Positions 1 through 13,439 of a stretch of DNA of 64,000 bases are shown here, one piece after another. This stretch comes from Massalongia carnosa. Taxonomy: Eukaryota. The stretch is from contig OZ287073.1 in the NCBI GenBank assembly GCA_965645245.1, positions 1,364,001-1,428,000 on the forward strand, written 5' to 3'. Position 1 is the first letter of the stretch; every line of letters begins with the position of its first letter. The notes beneath the pieces were generated by a model. That model did not search any database. It was not told where the DNA came from and worked only from the letters and a program-made list of their open reading frames with translations. Made by a program: the position numbers and the translations under genes.

Positions 1-1810
1 TCGGCGGCTACAGCGACTAATCGTATCGATGACTTGTCATTCAGAGAAATCTAGGCCTTTTGCACGCAAAGCATCGCCGGGAGAGGCTCTGGGGGGGCCG
101 ATGCAGGTCTTCTCTCCACGAGTTTCCTGCCCGCAGGAGTGAATGGCAGACTCGCAGAAATTTTGCCCACACGCAGACTCCAAACGATCTAGGTAAGCGG
201 GATCGTGCATCAGTTGGAACTTATCCTGGAGCAAGGTGGCTTTCCTTTCCAACTTCACCATTTGGACTGATTTTCCCATTCATCCATCCTTTCGTACCAT
301 GTTTCCCTATTATTAAACCACTTGTTGTCATGAAATCCCAACCCGACGACCGATCCCCAGCTAAGCGGCGCGTCCTTCTCACTCCTTCCTATTTGGCCTG
401 CAACATAGCAGGCGCCCCCAATAATGCCCTAATTAGTCACTGCTCGATTTATTTTCCCTGGACGATGCCATTTTCTGTTCCTGGGGTCTACGTCCCTTTT
501 ATGCATTAATCGAGTCAGGAAGTCCGATGGAGGAGGTTCATGCCTGATCGGATGGCACTTTCCCTGGCATTTCGGTTGCTTCAAACCGTCTTTATTCTTG
601 CTGTTAACAAGTCATGATGGTATCGAGTAAGGATAATGAATGATTCTCCACGTCACGATTGAAGCCTCCAGCCCTGAGCCTTGCGGAGCTCGTCATCCAG
701 AACAGACAACAACACCGGCTTGATTCAGTCGATCAAGTCAGTCTATGTGTACTCCGTAGATTATTACATGATCAGTCCCACTCGGGCCGTTGGAGCATCG
801 TTCGGTCTAATGAAGCCGGTCGTCATCTGGTCACGGTGACGATAGAACAGCTGAACCCCCTCCTTCGTACATAATCGATCTTTAACGTTACCTCTCCTTT
901 CCCTACTCGTGCCTGCCTTCTTAGGGAAGGCATACCGATCCATCCACTCGCGTTCCCTTTCCCTTCCCTTTCCCTTCCCTGTCCCGAATCCGTTCAATAC
1001 CGTCTGTCGATTACAGAATACATGTTAACTGATTTGCATTTGATTTATTCTTACCTCGACTTGCATAGCACTTCACTTTGTATATGCCCATGCCTGTACC
1101 CCATACCACGCGTGGTATGTGAGTTATCAGGCAGTACAGAGTACACCATACACCGTACACACTACCTAACGCAGCCTGTTCCCAACTGGCCCTAAATCCC
1201 CTAGGCTGTCGTGGCGGACCTAATAGCTGAACTTCAAATCCCTTAGGAAGCTAAGCACCCAAAGGCTTCAAAGGCACCATCCACATACCTGCCACTTACC
1301 TTACACCCTTTGGTGCCCACCCCATGCGAACCACTGGGGCTCCCGATCAATAATATTCCACCTCCCATTAATCCACGTCTACACCTCTTCCGCGCGCGAC
1401 CTTGCATTCCAACCAAAACTGTCGCATGGACGCAAACTGGTTGTATAACCTATCCTCAAGCGTTCCCAAGTCGTAATCCAATCGCAAGGGCCACCTGTCA
1501 CTTTGCTGCTCTTATCCCCACCTCTGGATAACGTAGCGCGGGAAGGGCATAAGGGAAAAGGGCCAAAAAAACGAGGGTCTAAGCTTCCTGAACTTCAATT
1601 CGCGCCCGGCTTGCATGCGACATCGCGCGCCGCTGTCCGTCGCTCTCGCCATCTAGATTAAACGACGTGTTGCAGCATCCGTCGCAGTCATCCACCAACA
1701 ACCTGCTACGGGCGCTTTCGCGCTCCAGCACGGTCGGTGCGACGGCTCTGGCAACTACCCTATTATTATTGCCTGCTGCCTATTGCCTTGAACCCGAGCA
1801 ATTGGCCGTC

Positions 1811-4163
1811 ATGTACCAGGCACCCCATCCTGTCTCTACCTCAATGAATGGCATGGGAAGCGATATGATCGATGGCTCGGGTACAATCAATCCAGCAGCG
1901 CTGAGTGCATCGGGTATTATATTTCTCATCTACCCAAATCTCGCTTGGATATCTAACCCGATGTCTCTATTGGCGACGCATCCACGAGGCTCCTCGTGCG
2001 AGACCCGTCGTTGCAACATTCACGTAATCACGCGCCACATTTGAACGCTGTAACTAACGCTGGCGCTTTGTCTTCTAGTGCCTGTGGTGCCAACGTCCTC
2101 AACCGTCATCGCGCCCAAGACAAGCCCGCGAGGGATCAAGCGAAGCCGCTCGCCGGAGGGAGACTTGGCGCTTGGAGGTGGAGCTGATGACGGTATGTGA
2201 TCCCAACGGATGCGATCAGCCGTCAGAGTGGGGGCACTGGGCGCGGAAAGATCCGTTGAATTTTCTCAGACAAGCTTTGCTAAGAAACCGACTGACTGGT
2301 GGGGACTCCACAGATGACTCCAAACCAAGAAAGCGAGGGAGGCCTCCGAAGACCAGAGCACCAGGAATTCCCGAGAGTCCGACCTCAATCCCTTCGCAAC
2401 AGTCAACCCCAGCACTTTCTTCCCAACACCGAACTCCGCAGCTACAGACCCAACCTCTCCCTCCGCAGGTCAACATCACCCCTACCCAACCAACGCCTCC
2501 AAAACCGACGCCAACAAAGTCCGTTTTGAAGGCTCTACCAACGGTCCGAGACCACACCACAGACCAACTGAACGCCGAGGGAGACGAGTACATCCCACGA
2601 GAACATGACGAACAAGGGGAGCAAAAGGTCGCTCCCACCGGTCATCCGTTAGGAGGTAGAGAGTACAAATGCAGGACATTTCTCGTACCGAACAGAGGGG
2701 ACAAACTCTTCATGCTGGCAACCGAGTGTGCACGTGTTCTAAGTTATCGTGACTCGTACCTGCTCTTCAACAAAAACCGGTCTCTGTACAAAATCATCGC
2801 CACACAACCTGAGAAGGACGATCTGATAGGGCAAGAAATCCTCCCTTATTCGTACCGATCGCGGCAGATTGCCATAGTCACGGCGAAATCCATGTTTCGT
2901 CAATTTGGCAGCCGGGTGATTCAAAATGGCCGGCGTGTGCGGGATGATTACTGGGAAGCCAAGGCGCGGAAACAGGGCTTCACCGAGGAGGATCTAGCGG
3001 GCGAGAAGCGACCTGGAGCTGCCAAAGCAAGAGATGCCGCAAGTGCCGAAGCCGCGAACGCTGCCTCTGTTGGGGTAGGGCATCCCGACATAATCTACAG
3101 CAGCGGACCTATTGACAGCCAAGGCCAACCACAAGCACTTCGGCCAGGATTGGGCGGAATTTTGCCAGCTGCGGGCGGTCTGCCAATGATTCATTTAGCT
3201 CCGTCGGAAGACTTGCGTCCGCGTGATTATTCGAATATTCCACGGCCACGGCAGGAGATTGCGGGAGCACCTTATCAAGACCGCACCCAACCAAGTTCAG
3301 CTACAGAGATCAAGAATCAAGCAATACACACTGCAGAATTCAGCAAAATGATAAATCAACAACGAAACATTCGAGGCAAGGATTTGACTGGGTATTGGAA
3401 CAAGCCAAGGGAAATCCCTGTGACTACGCCTCTAAAATCGGCTGAAACAAGTCCAGTCGTCACTCAATCGTTACGATCGCCTCAAAGTTCTTCAAGCGGT
3501 TTGATGGGCACCAGCCAGCAGCCGATGATTCAGCATCAAGGCTCTCAAATCATGAGTCCTCCCGCATATTCTCAGCAATCTCACCAGGGAGCCACTTTGG
3601 CGCAGTCTCCTATCCGAAGTGTACCGCAATCGATCCGCGCAGAACAACTGCATCAGCGCTCCACTGCGCTCTCTTTTGGATCGACAGGTGCTGGGCAACC
3701 CGCGTATGGATATCCTCATTCAACCCATGCGTGGGGGCAACCACCTCCGCAACCGCATCAGTCTCCAATATCAAGTCATCATGCTCTGTCCCAATACAGT
3801 CCATCCCCTCAACCTCATTCCTCTCATCCTTCTCCATCGCCTCATCAGCCTCCACAATTGCATCACCCTCAAAGCAACAACAGTTCGCTGCACGGCGGCC
3901 TAAACTACCAGGGTATGACAGGTATGGGGTCTACAGCTTACTCCTCTATGGGGGCTAGAGGAATGTACCAGCATCCTAGCCCTAGTCCTCAGCAGTACAT
4001 ACAGCAGCAACAGAGCCAACATCAACAGCAGCATCAGCAGCATCAGCAGCAACAGCAACAAACGACCTCGGCGCAACAAGCCAGTATGCAAGGCTGGGCC
4101 CCTCCACCACCACAACCCGGCCAACATCCCGGTCAGCAGGGTTGGCCTGGACCAGGCTACTGA
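1811..4163 (+). CDS. NPL6: RSC chromatin-remodelling complex subunit Npl6/Rsc7 (CRC_subunit domain), with AT-hook and Q/P-rich C-terminus
   Basis: Spliced model: exons 1811-1913, 2079-2192, 2314-4163 (GT..AG introns, frame preserved). Contains KRGRPPK AT-hook and the conserved block GEQKVAPTGHPLGGREYKCRTF..LFMLATECARVLSYRDSYLLFNKNRSL..FRQFGSRVIQNGRRVRDDYWE. Confidence 0.88.
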
Positions 4164-5605
4164 CAGTATTTGACGGTTGAATCAAATGCTGCAGACGCAC
4201 GGGACGAGCGACGTTTAACGGACAGAAAATAGAGGCATTTCTATCGACGACTCATTGTGACATACGAAACCGCATATCTCTTTGCCTATGCACATTTGCA
4301 ACTGGATACGGTCAGTGTTTCTTGCGAAACTCACCTACCAGATAGAGGTGCTGGTTCATTTAAAAAAGCCGATTGAGGCTAAGGAAGGGTAATTTAAGGA
4401 GGGATATTTGCACCTCGAGAATGGGTTGGGAGGAGATTCGAGCGTCGTTCGTGCAGCCCGATTTGAATATTCATTTCCGCAAGCGAAGCATTTACGTTTC
4501 TTTCGTTGACTCTCATCTTTTGGATTTCCCATGTACACCTAAGGGGGAGCATGGCCGGCCGGCTGGCTTTAGCTGTTTTTTTTTCTTTTTTCTTTCCGTT
4601 TCCACCGTCTTGAAACCTCACGGATATTCCCCATTCTCCGTTCTGGTGGGCATTTTGCTTATGAGCTTGTAATCTATACGCCGACTCCCCTGGACTTGAG
4701 TGATCTTTCTATTTCTTGCATCACCGGGACAGTCCCTGTGTACATGCTCATTGGTTCCATTTCCCTACCTCTACCCCCACAGCAAGGGGAAATCTGAGGG
4801 GTTTTTTCTTCCTTGGCCCCTGGTTTATGGAGGGATCTCGATTCAGTATGTGGTTTGGTTTGGGAAAGGGCAAAAGAAGTAAGGCTTGGTGGAAGGCCAG
4901 GGAGGGGGGTTTTTGGGAGTGAAAATCCTCCACACAGCGTTTTCATGGAGACGGGAGGGCATATTAAGGGTTTGAACGGTCTACGAAAGCATGGGAAACC
5001 AGGACATATCACGACCGTTCTTAAATTACCACATTTTTATATTATTTCGATTCCGAATCTATGTTCTTCGGCTTCTGGATCTAGTCAGATGAAGTGAAAG
5101 AGGAAGAAGATAGATAGGAGATTTTATAATCTGTTAATGGCCCGGAAACCTGAAATTTGATAAGGTGGAATGAAAAGGTTGTGTTGGGGGGGGGAACCAT
5201 GAGACGTAAAATCCAGGTGTGTACGGGGTACCGAGTACAGTACGAGTACCCTGCAGCTTGACACGCACACGTGATGTATCGTCCGGGTATCCCGGAAGCT
5301 AGTTACATAACTTAACTAGCCTGTTCACGTTCTGATGCAGTCACCCTGCAGCCCTAAACTACTCGGAATCCCCCCCGAAATCCCCGCCCCCACTAAACAA
5401 ACCCGTCATGCCCCGCTACCACCACGCCGAGGAGGTAAAACAAGTATTGCCCCTGCTTCCAGCCGGCGACTACGGCTCCCTCCATGAAAATTTTTCTTCT
5501 TTCCTTTCAACTTAACCCTTCTGTTTACCATCCTCCCCATCTACTTCTTCTCAAGGCTCCCATATCTGCCAACAAGTCTGACGAGCTAGAAGAGCAGACG
5601 TCAGA

Positions 5606-7630
5606 ATGGCAACAATAGCAACCTACAATGTGCCAAAGGTAGAGAATGAGAGCAACGTAGGTGGGCACCGTCTGTCTTTTTGGCTGCTACAACGTTTGGA
5701 TCGCAATGGGTACAACTCAACCCCCCCCAAAAGCCTATTGCTTGTCCCCATTTTTTCCCTCGTCCTTCTCGGCTTTGGCTCACCAGAGGGCTTGTATATA
5801 GAAACATTACGCAAAAGGCTCTCCGGAACGTAAAGCTTTAGAGGCTGCTCTTGAATCCCGGCGCCAGACGCTCGATGTTCCAATCGTCATCGGCGGCAAA
5901 GAAGTAGGTTTACATCCTATACGCAGCATTCTGATACTAATGCCCAAGTAGTCCAGCAATTCCTCCAAGTTGCTCCAGAGAAATCCTGCCGTTCACAGCG
6001 ATGCTGTCGCCAGGTACTCAAATGCCTCAGCGGTAGACGTATCCAAGGCGATTGACTTTGCTCTGGGTGCTAAATTGGCCTGGGAATCAATGCCCTTTGC
6101 TGACCGGGCTGCGGTTTTCCTCAAGGCGGCAGATTTGATAGCTGGAAAGTATCGCTACGAGATAATGGCTGCGACAATTCTCGGACAAGGGAAGAATGCA
6201 TGGCAAGCGGAGATAGATGCTGCCGCGGAATTGGTTGACTTCTTAAGGTAAGAAAGTTTACAGTAGCTTGCTAATCTTGACTGCCCAATTCCAGGGTCAA
6301 GCTTCTGGAAGATTCCTCCACAGGGATTGTCTTTAAGCTGCATGTTTGCGTATGACCTTTGCTAATCGAGTAAAGATTCAATGTGCAATACGCCCAGGAG
6401 CTGTATGCACAACAACCAGTCCATAACTCGCCAGGGGTATGGAAGTCAGTCTAACCCACGTTAAGTTGCAAGCCGAGATGGAGAGCTGACAATTTCGGTA
6501 GCCGTGTTGAATACCGACCTCTCGAAGGTTTTGTATACGCTATAAGCCCCTTCAACTTCACGGCGATTGGGGGGAATCTTCCTTGTGCTCCTGCTCTCCT
6601 GGGAAACGTTGTGATCTGGAAGCCCTCGCCGTCTGCAATTGCATCTAACTACATCATCTACAAGGTTCTCCAAGAAGCTGGTCTTCCGCCCAACATTATT
6701 CAATTTGTCCCGGGCGACGCTCAAGAGGTCACTCGCATTGTTCTCGCACATCGAGATTTTTCAGGGCTCCATTACACAGGGAGCACTTCCGTGTTTCGTA
6801 GTCTCTATGGCACTATAGCCGCTGGGGTTGCCGAAGGGAGGTATAGGGGGTATCCTCGCATTGTTGGCGAGACTGGCGGCAAGAATTATCACCTTATCCA
6901 TTCAAGCGCTGATGTCAAGAACGCTGTCATCAACACTATACGTGGTGCATTTGAATATCAAGGTCAAAAATGTAGCGCCACATCTCGTGTCTACGTTCCA
7001 TCTTCACTGTGGCCAGCCATCAAACCAGCTTTGATATCCGAAACCAAAGCTCTGAAGATTGGTATCCCAACCTCATTTTCTAACTTTATTGGCCCAGTCA
7101 TCCATGAAGCATCATTCAAGAAACTTTCTAGAGCCATTGATAACGCCAAAGACGACAAGGACCTTGAACTCCTGGTCGGTGGCCAGTACGACGATACCTA
7201 CGGCTATTTCATCTATCCGACCATCTACCTTACAAAGAATCCCTCCCATCCCCTCCTCAGCACCGAGCTCTTTGGCCCCATCCTCACCCTCTACGTCTAC
7301 GACGACGCCCCTCCCGAAGCCTTTGCCGACGTCTGCAAGCTCATCGACCGCACGTCCGACTACGCCCTCACCGGAGCCGTCTTCGCCAAAGACCGCGAAG
7401 CGATCCGCGTTGCCGAATCCGCACTGCGGAACTCAGCGGGCAATTTCTACATCAACTGCAAGAGCACCGGCGCCGTGGTGGGGCAGCAGCCGTTTGGTGG
7501 GGCACGGGCGAGCGGCACTAATGACAAGGCGGGAAGTGCGGCGCTGTTGAGCCGGTTTGTGAGTATGAGGAGCATCAAGGAGGATTTCGTGGGGAGCAAG
7601 GAGGTGGCATATCCTAGCAATGAGGGGTAG
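5606..7630 (+). CDS. PUT2: Delta-1-pyrroline-5-carboxylate dehydrogenase (ALDH4 family)
   Basis: Multi-exon (introns about 5657-5801, 5904-5951, 6248-6375, 6445-6501). Motifs GQGKNAWQAEIDAAAELVDF, ISPFNFTAIGGNL, GETGGKN, FEYQGQKCSATSR, ELFGP, GQQPFGGARASGTNDKAG. Confidence 0.95.
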
Positions 7631-7955
7631 AAGGAGGAAGTTGAATATACGACTTGTGTTGAGCATCGCTATAGGTATGGCTTTGATGAAAAACTTTTCA
7701 GGGAGGAGGATAGCGTTGCCGATTGCTTTTTAGTGTTCTCTGCAGCAAAACGACCACGGGAAGATGGCTTCCCCTGCTCTGCTTGTGGTTGCGGTGATGG
7801 ACTGTTGGTAGACAAGGGAAGGGAAGAAGATATAGAGAAAACATGCATAGGTAGCTGCAATTTTTTGATAAAGCCATTATCTACAAGGGGAGAGTTTCCC
7901 TGCCTGCTTTTCTGTGACCTTTCTCGTATGAGGGGTGAATTGAGTGGGATTCTGC

Positions 7956-8030
7956 CTCTTCCTCTTCTTCTTCTTCTTCTTCTTCTTCTTCTTCTTCTTC
8001 TTCTTCTTCTTCTTCTTCTTCTACTTCTAC
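7956..8030. repeat. (CTT)n trinucleotide microsatellite between the convergent PUT2 and ARG1 3' ends
   Basis: Run of about 20 near-perfect CTT units read directly. Confidence 0.95.
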
Positions 8031-8307
8031 TTTTTGCTGTTCTGCTAGGGATTGATGATACGGATAGATTTGCATAGCTAGGAGGGATCTCTAATCAGAT
8101 TTTCTCTCGCCTCTTTGGAATTAATTAACAGGTGGGGATCTACCTAAGAAAACCACCTAGAAAGACAGACACCCGCCCCACTCTTCCGACGTCCCGAGTA
8201 TGTAAGTCAAGTTTCTCCCAGGTGGGAAAGTATTTTTCAAGCACTCCAGCACTCTCAAGTTTTTCTATTCATCCTTTTTTCTTAAAAAAAAAAACCGGAA
8301 ATACCAG

Positions 8308-9819
8308 CTACAACCGCTCCCCTTTCTCGGCTTTCCCAGCCCCATACTTCTTCAGTCGAATCGCCTGCACGGAAATGAAACCGCTCGTATCGGTCGGCTC
8401 GAACGCGCCGATCTCGTCCATGGAGCTCTCGCTCAAATCGTACAGCTTCTCCGTCTTCGAATCCCTTCCTACGACCCAGACGTTGCCCTTGTACGCGCGC
8501 ATCCTCACCGCACCATTGACTGTGCCCTGTGCGGCTACGACTGCGTGCTGCAGGTACTCGCGCTCAGGGGAAAAGTACAGGCCGTTGTATAAACAGCGAG
8601 ACCAGCCATAGGTGACGAACTGGTCGCGGAGAGCGCGCACTTCGCGGTCCACCGTTAGGCCTTCGAGGTCCAGATGGGCTTTCCAGAGGAGCGTGAGACC
8701 GGGGGACTCATAGCAGCCGCGGGATTTTATACCGATGAAGCGGTTTTCCACAATATCGATGCGGCCGACCCCATGTCGGCGAGCGAGGGCGTTGGCAGCA
8801 AGAAAGAGCTCGAGCGGGGTTGTGATTGTAGCTGAGGGTGTCTTGAGCTCAGTGGGGATGCCTTTGGTGAATGTAATTGTAAAGTTTTCCGGGGTTTCGG
8901 GCGATTTGGCGGGGTTAGCGGTGAGTTTCCACATGTCATCTGGTGGGGTGGTGTTGGGGTCCTCTAGGATTCCCGCTTCGTACGAGCAGTGGGCAAGGTT
9001 TTCGTCCATACTCCAGGGCTTCGATTTGGTAGAGGTGACGGGGATTTTCTGCTGCGCGGCATAGTCCAGCAGGTCGTTGCGGCCCGGGAACCGGGTGTAA
9101 AATTCCTTTTCCCGCCATGGCGCGATGACTTTAATGGTGGGTTGGAGGGCATAGAAAGCGAGCTCGAACCGGACTTGGTCATTGCCTTTGCCAGTGCAGC
9201 CGTGAGAGACAGCGAAGCACTTTTCCTTCTGGGCGATGGCGATTTGGGCACGAGCGATGACGGGTCGTGCCAGGGCAGTTCCTGGGGGTGCAAAGTTCTT
9301 GTTAGCCATGCAGACCTTGCACATCGTGGAGGACGGAGACTACCTAACAGATACACGCCCTCATAGACAGCATTGCATTGGATGGCAGGGAAGCAGAGCT
9401 CCTCAACGAACTCTCGTCGTAGATCTTCAACGTAGACCTTTTCGGCTCCAATCTTGAGTGCTTTAGCCTTGGCAGCGTCAAAATCCTCTACAGCACAGAC
9501 GTGAGCTTTCCCGATTTGATCATCACCGTAGGATTTTAAGAGTACCCTCTTGTCCAACATCAGCCACTATTTCGTCCGTTAACCTCTGCGTCTATAAGTC
9601 GGCCTAGAAAAAACCCACTGAAGCACACCACAGCGTAGCCCTTCTCGATCAGCCATGCCACTAGTCCATCGTGTCAATTGAAGTTTTCGATGAAGGAGTG
9701 ATTTTCATACAGATGCAACTGGTGTCGAGCCCACCGCTATATGCGAGACAGACCTGGGAGAAAGCTTAGATTACCGACACTGTCAAGTCTGAGATCGTAC
9801 ATACCTTTTTCTTTGCCAT
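8308..9819 (-). CDS. ARG1: Argininosuccinate synthase
   Basis: Start MAKKK at 9819, followed by several small 5' exons ([19 protein letters not shown]). Long last exon with [60 protein letters not shown]. Confidence 0.97.
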
Positions 9820-9876
9820 TACCCAACAATTCTACAAGGGTTGAAAGAGATATCTAGGTTCCAAAATGCTCAATTG

Positions 9877-9882
9877 TGACTC
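9877..9882. promoter_or_regulatory. Putative Gcn4/CpcA response element (TGACTC) just upstream of ARG1
   Basis: TGACTC about 58 bp upstream of the ARG1 ATG. Arginine biosynthesis genes are known cross-pathway-control targets, but a 6-mer can occur by chance. Confidence 0.35.
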
Positions 9883-11143
9883 TGTGAAAGATCCAGGACT
9901 GTCAACTTTTTCTAAATGTCAATGAGCTAGTTTTTTTCAAAAATTTCAATTCTTACAAAATATTTTATTACTTGTAATTGTTTATAGTGGGAGATAGTTA
10001 AAGCTAATCTTAGCGAACGTTTTTTATCCTAGCTCTTTGCATTAGGGCTTAACTACAGGGCGCTTCCCTACTCTGCATGTGCTGTACTGACTATGTTGTA
10101 CTTTTTTAGTACTCTCCATATGTACTTAACAACTAAATCATCGGATAACCTCCCTCTTTAGCCCTCGACGATTGCATTTCTCCGCCTCGTTTTGCATGGC
10201 GAGGCCACTGTCGAGCCGGGTGCCCTCGTTGAAAGCGGCGTTCGGGTTGTCGAATCGCTTCGGCACCTACAGAGCTGGAGTCAAGAATTTTATGCGTTCA
10301 CTCTTCTTCATTATTGGCAGTTTAGGAGGGATTCATGTAATGTGCGCTCAAAAATGGAGGTTTCCGAGCCTGAGTCTCAGGAGTGGGGTACAGATTGCTA
10401 TACTGAGAAACCGATCTTAACCATATTATTAAATGAGCCATGCGGTCAATCAGAAGGACTTGGAACTGAACCGAGCACTTGGGTTTTGATATTTCCTTTG
10501 GCTCTCCAACAATGTCAAATACCCCAAAGCCCGAGTACATTCATATCGACTTTCATCTACTGTACAATGAATATACATCACCTTCTATACGATGGACGAA
10601 GATTATCACCTATGATTCCAACGAACCGGAAGAGAGAATGTATGAGATAGATTTTAGCAGCCATTGCGTACGTCTATTGTCTCTTCATGGGCTTGGAGAA
10701 AGTGTGGAACAGACAGGTTCATTCATTCGAGTTGATGGAGTCCTCTTACGCGTCTCGCGCTTGTCTATTGTTGAGGACGTTGCAAATGTCAGGAGGAATG
10801 AAAAACACAAAAGAAAGACCCGGGACTATTGGTTCAATGCTTCTTAGACAAGGGGAGGAGATTGTTGGAAACATGGTGGAAGAGAACATCAACTGTGTAA
10901 AGCATCCAAGTTGGATCTGCTGCCAACGGAATACTAGACAGTAATGTCATGAAGAGACATGTCTCGACTTCGTTGTAATCCTGTAGTGCTCGCACGCTCG
11001 GCGAAGTCAATGCTGTGAAGTGAACAAATAATCAAGCCTCGCTGAAAACGTGAACCCTACAAACAAGAAAGGTTTTCTCAATATCAACCTGCTCCACCTT
11101 CCATGATAGTGAGCGAAGAGTGTTAAGTCGGTGCCGACAAGAT

Positions 11144-12960
11144 TTACTCCTCTCCCTCTCCTGGAGCCTCCTCATCGCTACCATCATTGTTAGCTGTGAT
11201 CTAAAAGCTCAAGGAGCAGGTTGCAAACTTACTACTCTTCTTCACCCTCTGAGACTGATGCTTCCTGATATTGTTGGTACTCGGACACCAGATCGTTCAT
11301 GTTACTCTCAGCTTCAGTAAACTCCATCTCATCCATTCCCTCCCCAGTATACCAATGCAGGAAGGCCTTACGACGAAACATGGCGGTGAATTGATCGCCA
11401 ACACGCTTGAAGAGTTCTTGGATCGAGGTAGAGTTACCGATGAATGTGGATGACATCTTTAATCCACGAGGAGGAATCGAGCACAAAGCGGTCTGCACGT
11501 TGTTTGGAATCCACTCGACGAAGTACGAGGCGTTCTTATTTTGTACATTGCGCATTTGGTCTTCAACCTCCTTCATCGATACTTTGCCACGGCTGTGAAA
11601 GCATTAGCATGACATTTTTTCAGACCTAGCTCATAGAACATACAATATAGCGGCGCAGGTCAGATAACGACCATTCCTAAAGTCGGATGCGGCCATCATG
11701 TTCTTTGGGTCATACATCTGCTGTGTTAATTCCGGCACAGTGACAGCACGGAAAGAATGAGCGCCACGGCTAGTCAAGGGCGCAAAGCCAACCATGAAGA
11801 AATGGAGGCGAGGGAACGGGACCATATTGACAGCAAGCTTGCGGAGGTCCGAGTTCAGTTGACCAGGGAACCGGAGGCAGGTTGTAACGCCGGACATGAC
11901 GGCTGATACAAGATGATTCAGGTCTCCATAAGATGGGTTCGAGAGCTTTAGGGTGCGTAGGCAAATATCGTATAGAGCCTAGACAAGTCAGAAGTTCTTC
12001 GAGGAGCGGAATCGCAGATATCACAAACCTCATTGTCAATACAGAATGTTTCATCTGAGTTCTCAACCAGTTGATGAACCGATAGAGTTGCATTGTAGGG
12101 CTCAACGACCGTATCAGAAACCTTTGGAGATGGGACAACGGAGAAGGTTGCCATCATGCGGTCTGGAAACTCTTCGCGGATCTTGGAGATCAACAATGTA
12201 CCCATACCCGCTCCAGTACCACCTCCAAGCGAATGAGTTATCTGAAACCCCTGCAAACAGTCGCAGCCCTCAGCCTCTCGGCGCACCACATCGAGTACCT
12301 GGTCCACCAGTTCCGCACCCTCAGTATAATGGCCCTTTGCCCAGTTATTTCCGGCACCAGATTGGCCAAACACAAAGTTGTCAGGACGGAAAAGTTGCCC
12401 GAACGGACCAGCACGAACTGCATCCATTGTCCCAGGTTCGAGATCTACCAAGACAGCACGAGGCACATATTTATTGCCAGAAGCCTAAGGAGCGTAAATA
12501 TTTATAGTTGGATATGTAGAAGGAACATACCTCATTGAAATAAACACTCATCCGCTCAAGCTGAAGGTCAGAGGTTCCATTGTAGCTAAAGTACGTCAAG
12601 ATAACACCAAAACGATCATCAGCGGCCAAAACCTACACGCCAGCACCGTCTAGCCCATGTTCGCCAGAGATAATTTGCCTACCGTAGATAAATCGTTAGT
12701 ACATATCAACAGTCGCGTCTCGAAGAACTAGAGTAGACGAACCAGAAGGCAGCGCCGATTTGATTACCCTGGTCTGGTTAACAGTAAATTCCGAGACTAG
12801 GGATAGGTTGACTTACACATTGACCAGTCTGTAGATGGACCTATTCACCAGTATGCAAACGTTAGTAAAACAAATCCGATTAGTTCGCTGGGGTAGTAGA
12901 GTGCGGAGGAGACGCGTTGAGGGAAGACATCGCAGCCAGAATACTTACGATTTCACGCAT
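11144..12960 (-). CDS. TUB2: Beta-tubulin
   Basis: MREI start at 12960 with the typical tiny fungal 5' exons. [55 protein letters not shown] last intron precedes [11 protein letters not shown] (TAA at 11144-11146). Confidence 0.98.
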
Positions 12961-13439
12961 ATTGGTAGTTTTTCAAGTCACTAAAGTTAAGGCGTCTTCT
13001 ATTTATTAAGGAGAGAGTGGAGCAAGAATAGTTACTTGGAGGATGAACCGATGAAAGGATGAGGTGCTTAAGTTTTGAACAAGTCGCTGAATGTTTCTGG
13101 TAGAAAGAAAATGTTGTGGTTTCTTTAGCTGCGAAGGTTTCCTTAGCGTTGGTCTGTGCAACGTAAATACAAAATGTTGCACCGAGTACGCAGTACTTGT
13201 GTCAACAGTTACGTGACACTCTACATAGCAACTTAGCTAGCTCACGAAAAGAATGTGGCCAAGTACAGAGGTATTGATATGCATTGAGTAGTTTCAAAAT
13301 TCCTGTTGAACGTAGGCTGTTCATCATCCGAATTTATAAATTCTCTTCTGCGTTTCGCGCCTAACTAAACACCTCCAACCGTAACAGACTTCCTGAAGGA
13401 TATCAAAGGCATCTTAGCTAAATGTATGTGCTGGAATAC

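Noticed and set aside
6248..6375. Stwintron (nested intron) in PUT2
   Set aside because: Removing 6248-6294 does not regenerate a GT donor that restores the reading frame, so it is kept only as an alternative acceptor.
7733..8077. Poly-Leu and poly-Glu ORFs
   Set aside because: Artefacts of the (CTT)n microsatellite.
5606..9819. PUT2-ARG1 as a metabolic gene cluster
   Set aside because: Only two convergent genes, one catabolic and one anabolic, with no other prn/arg genes nearby.
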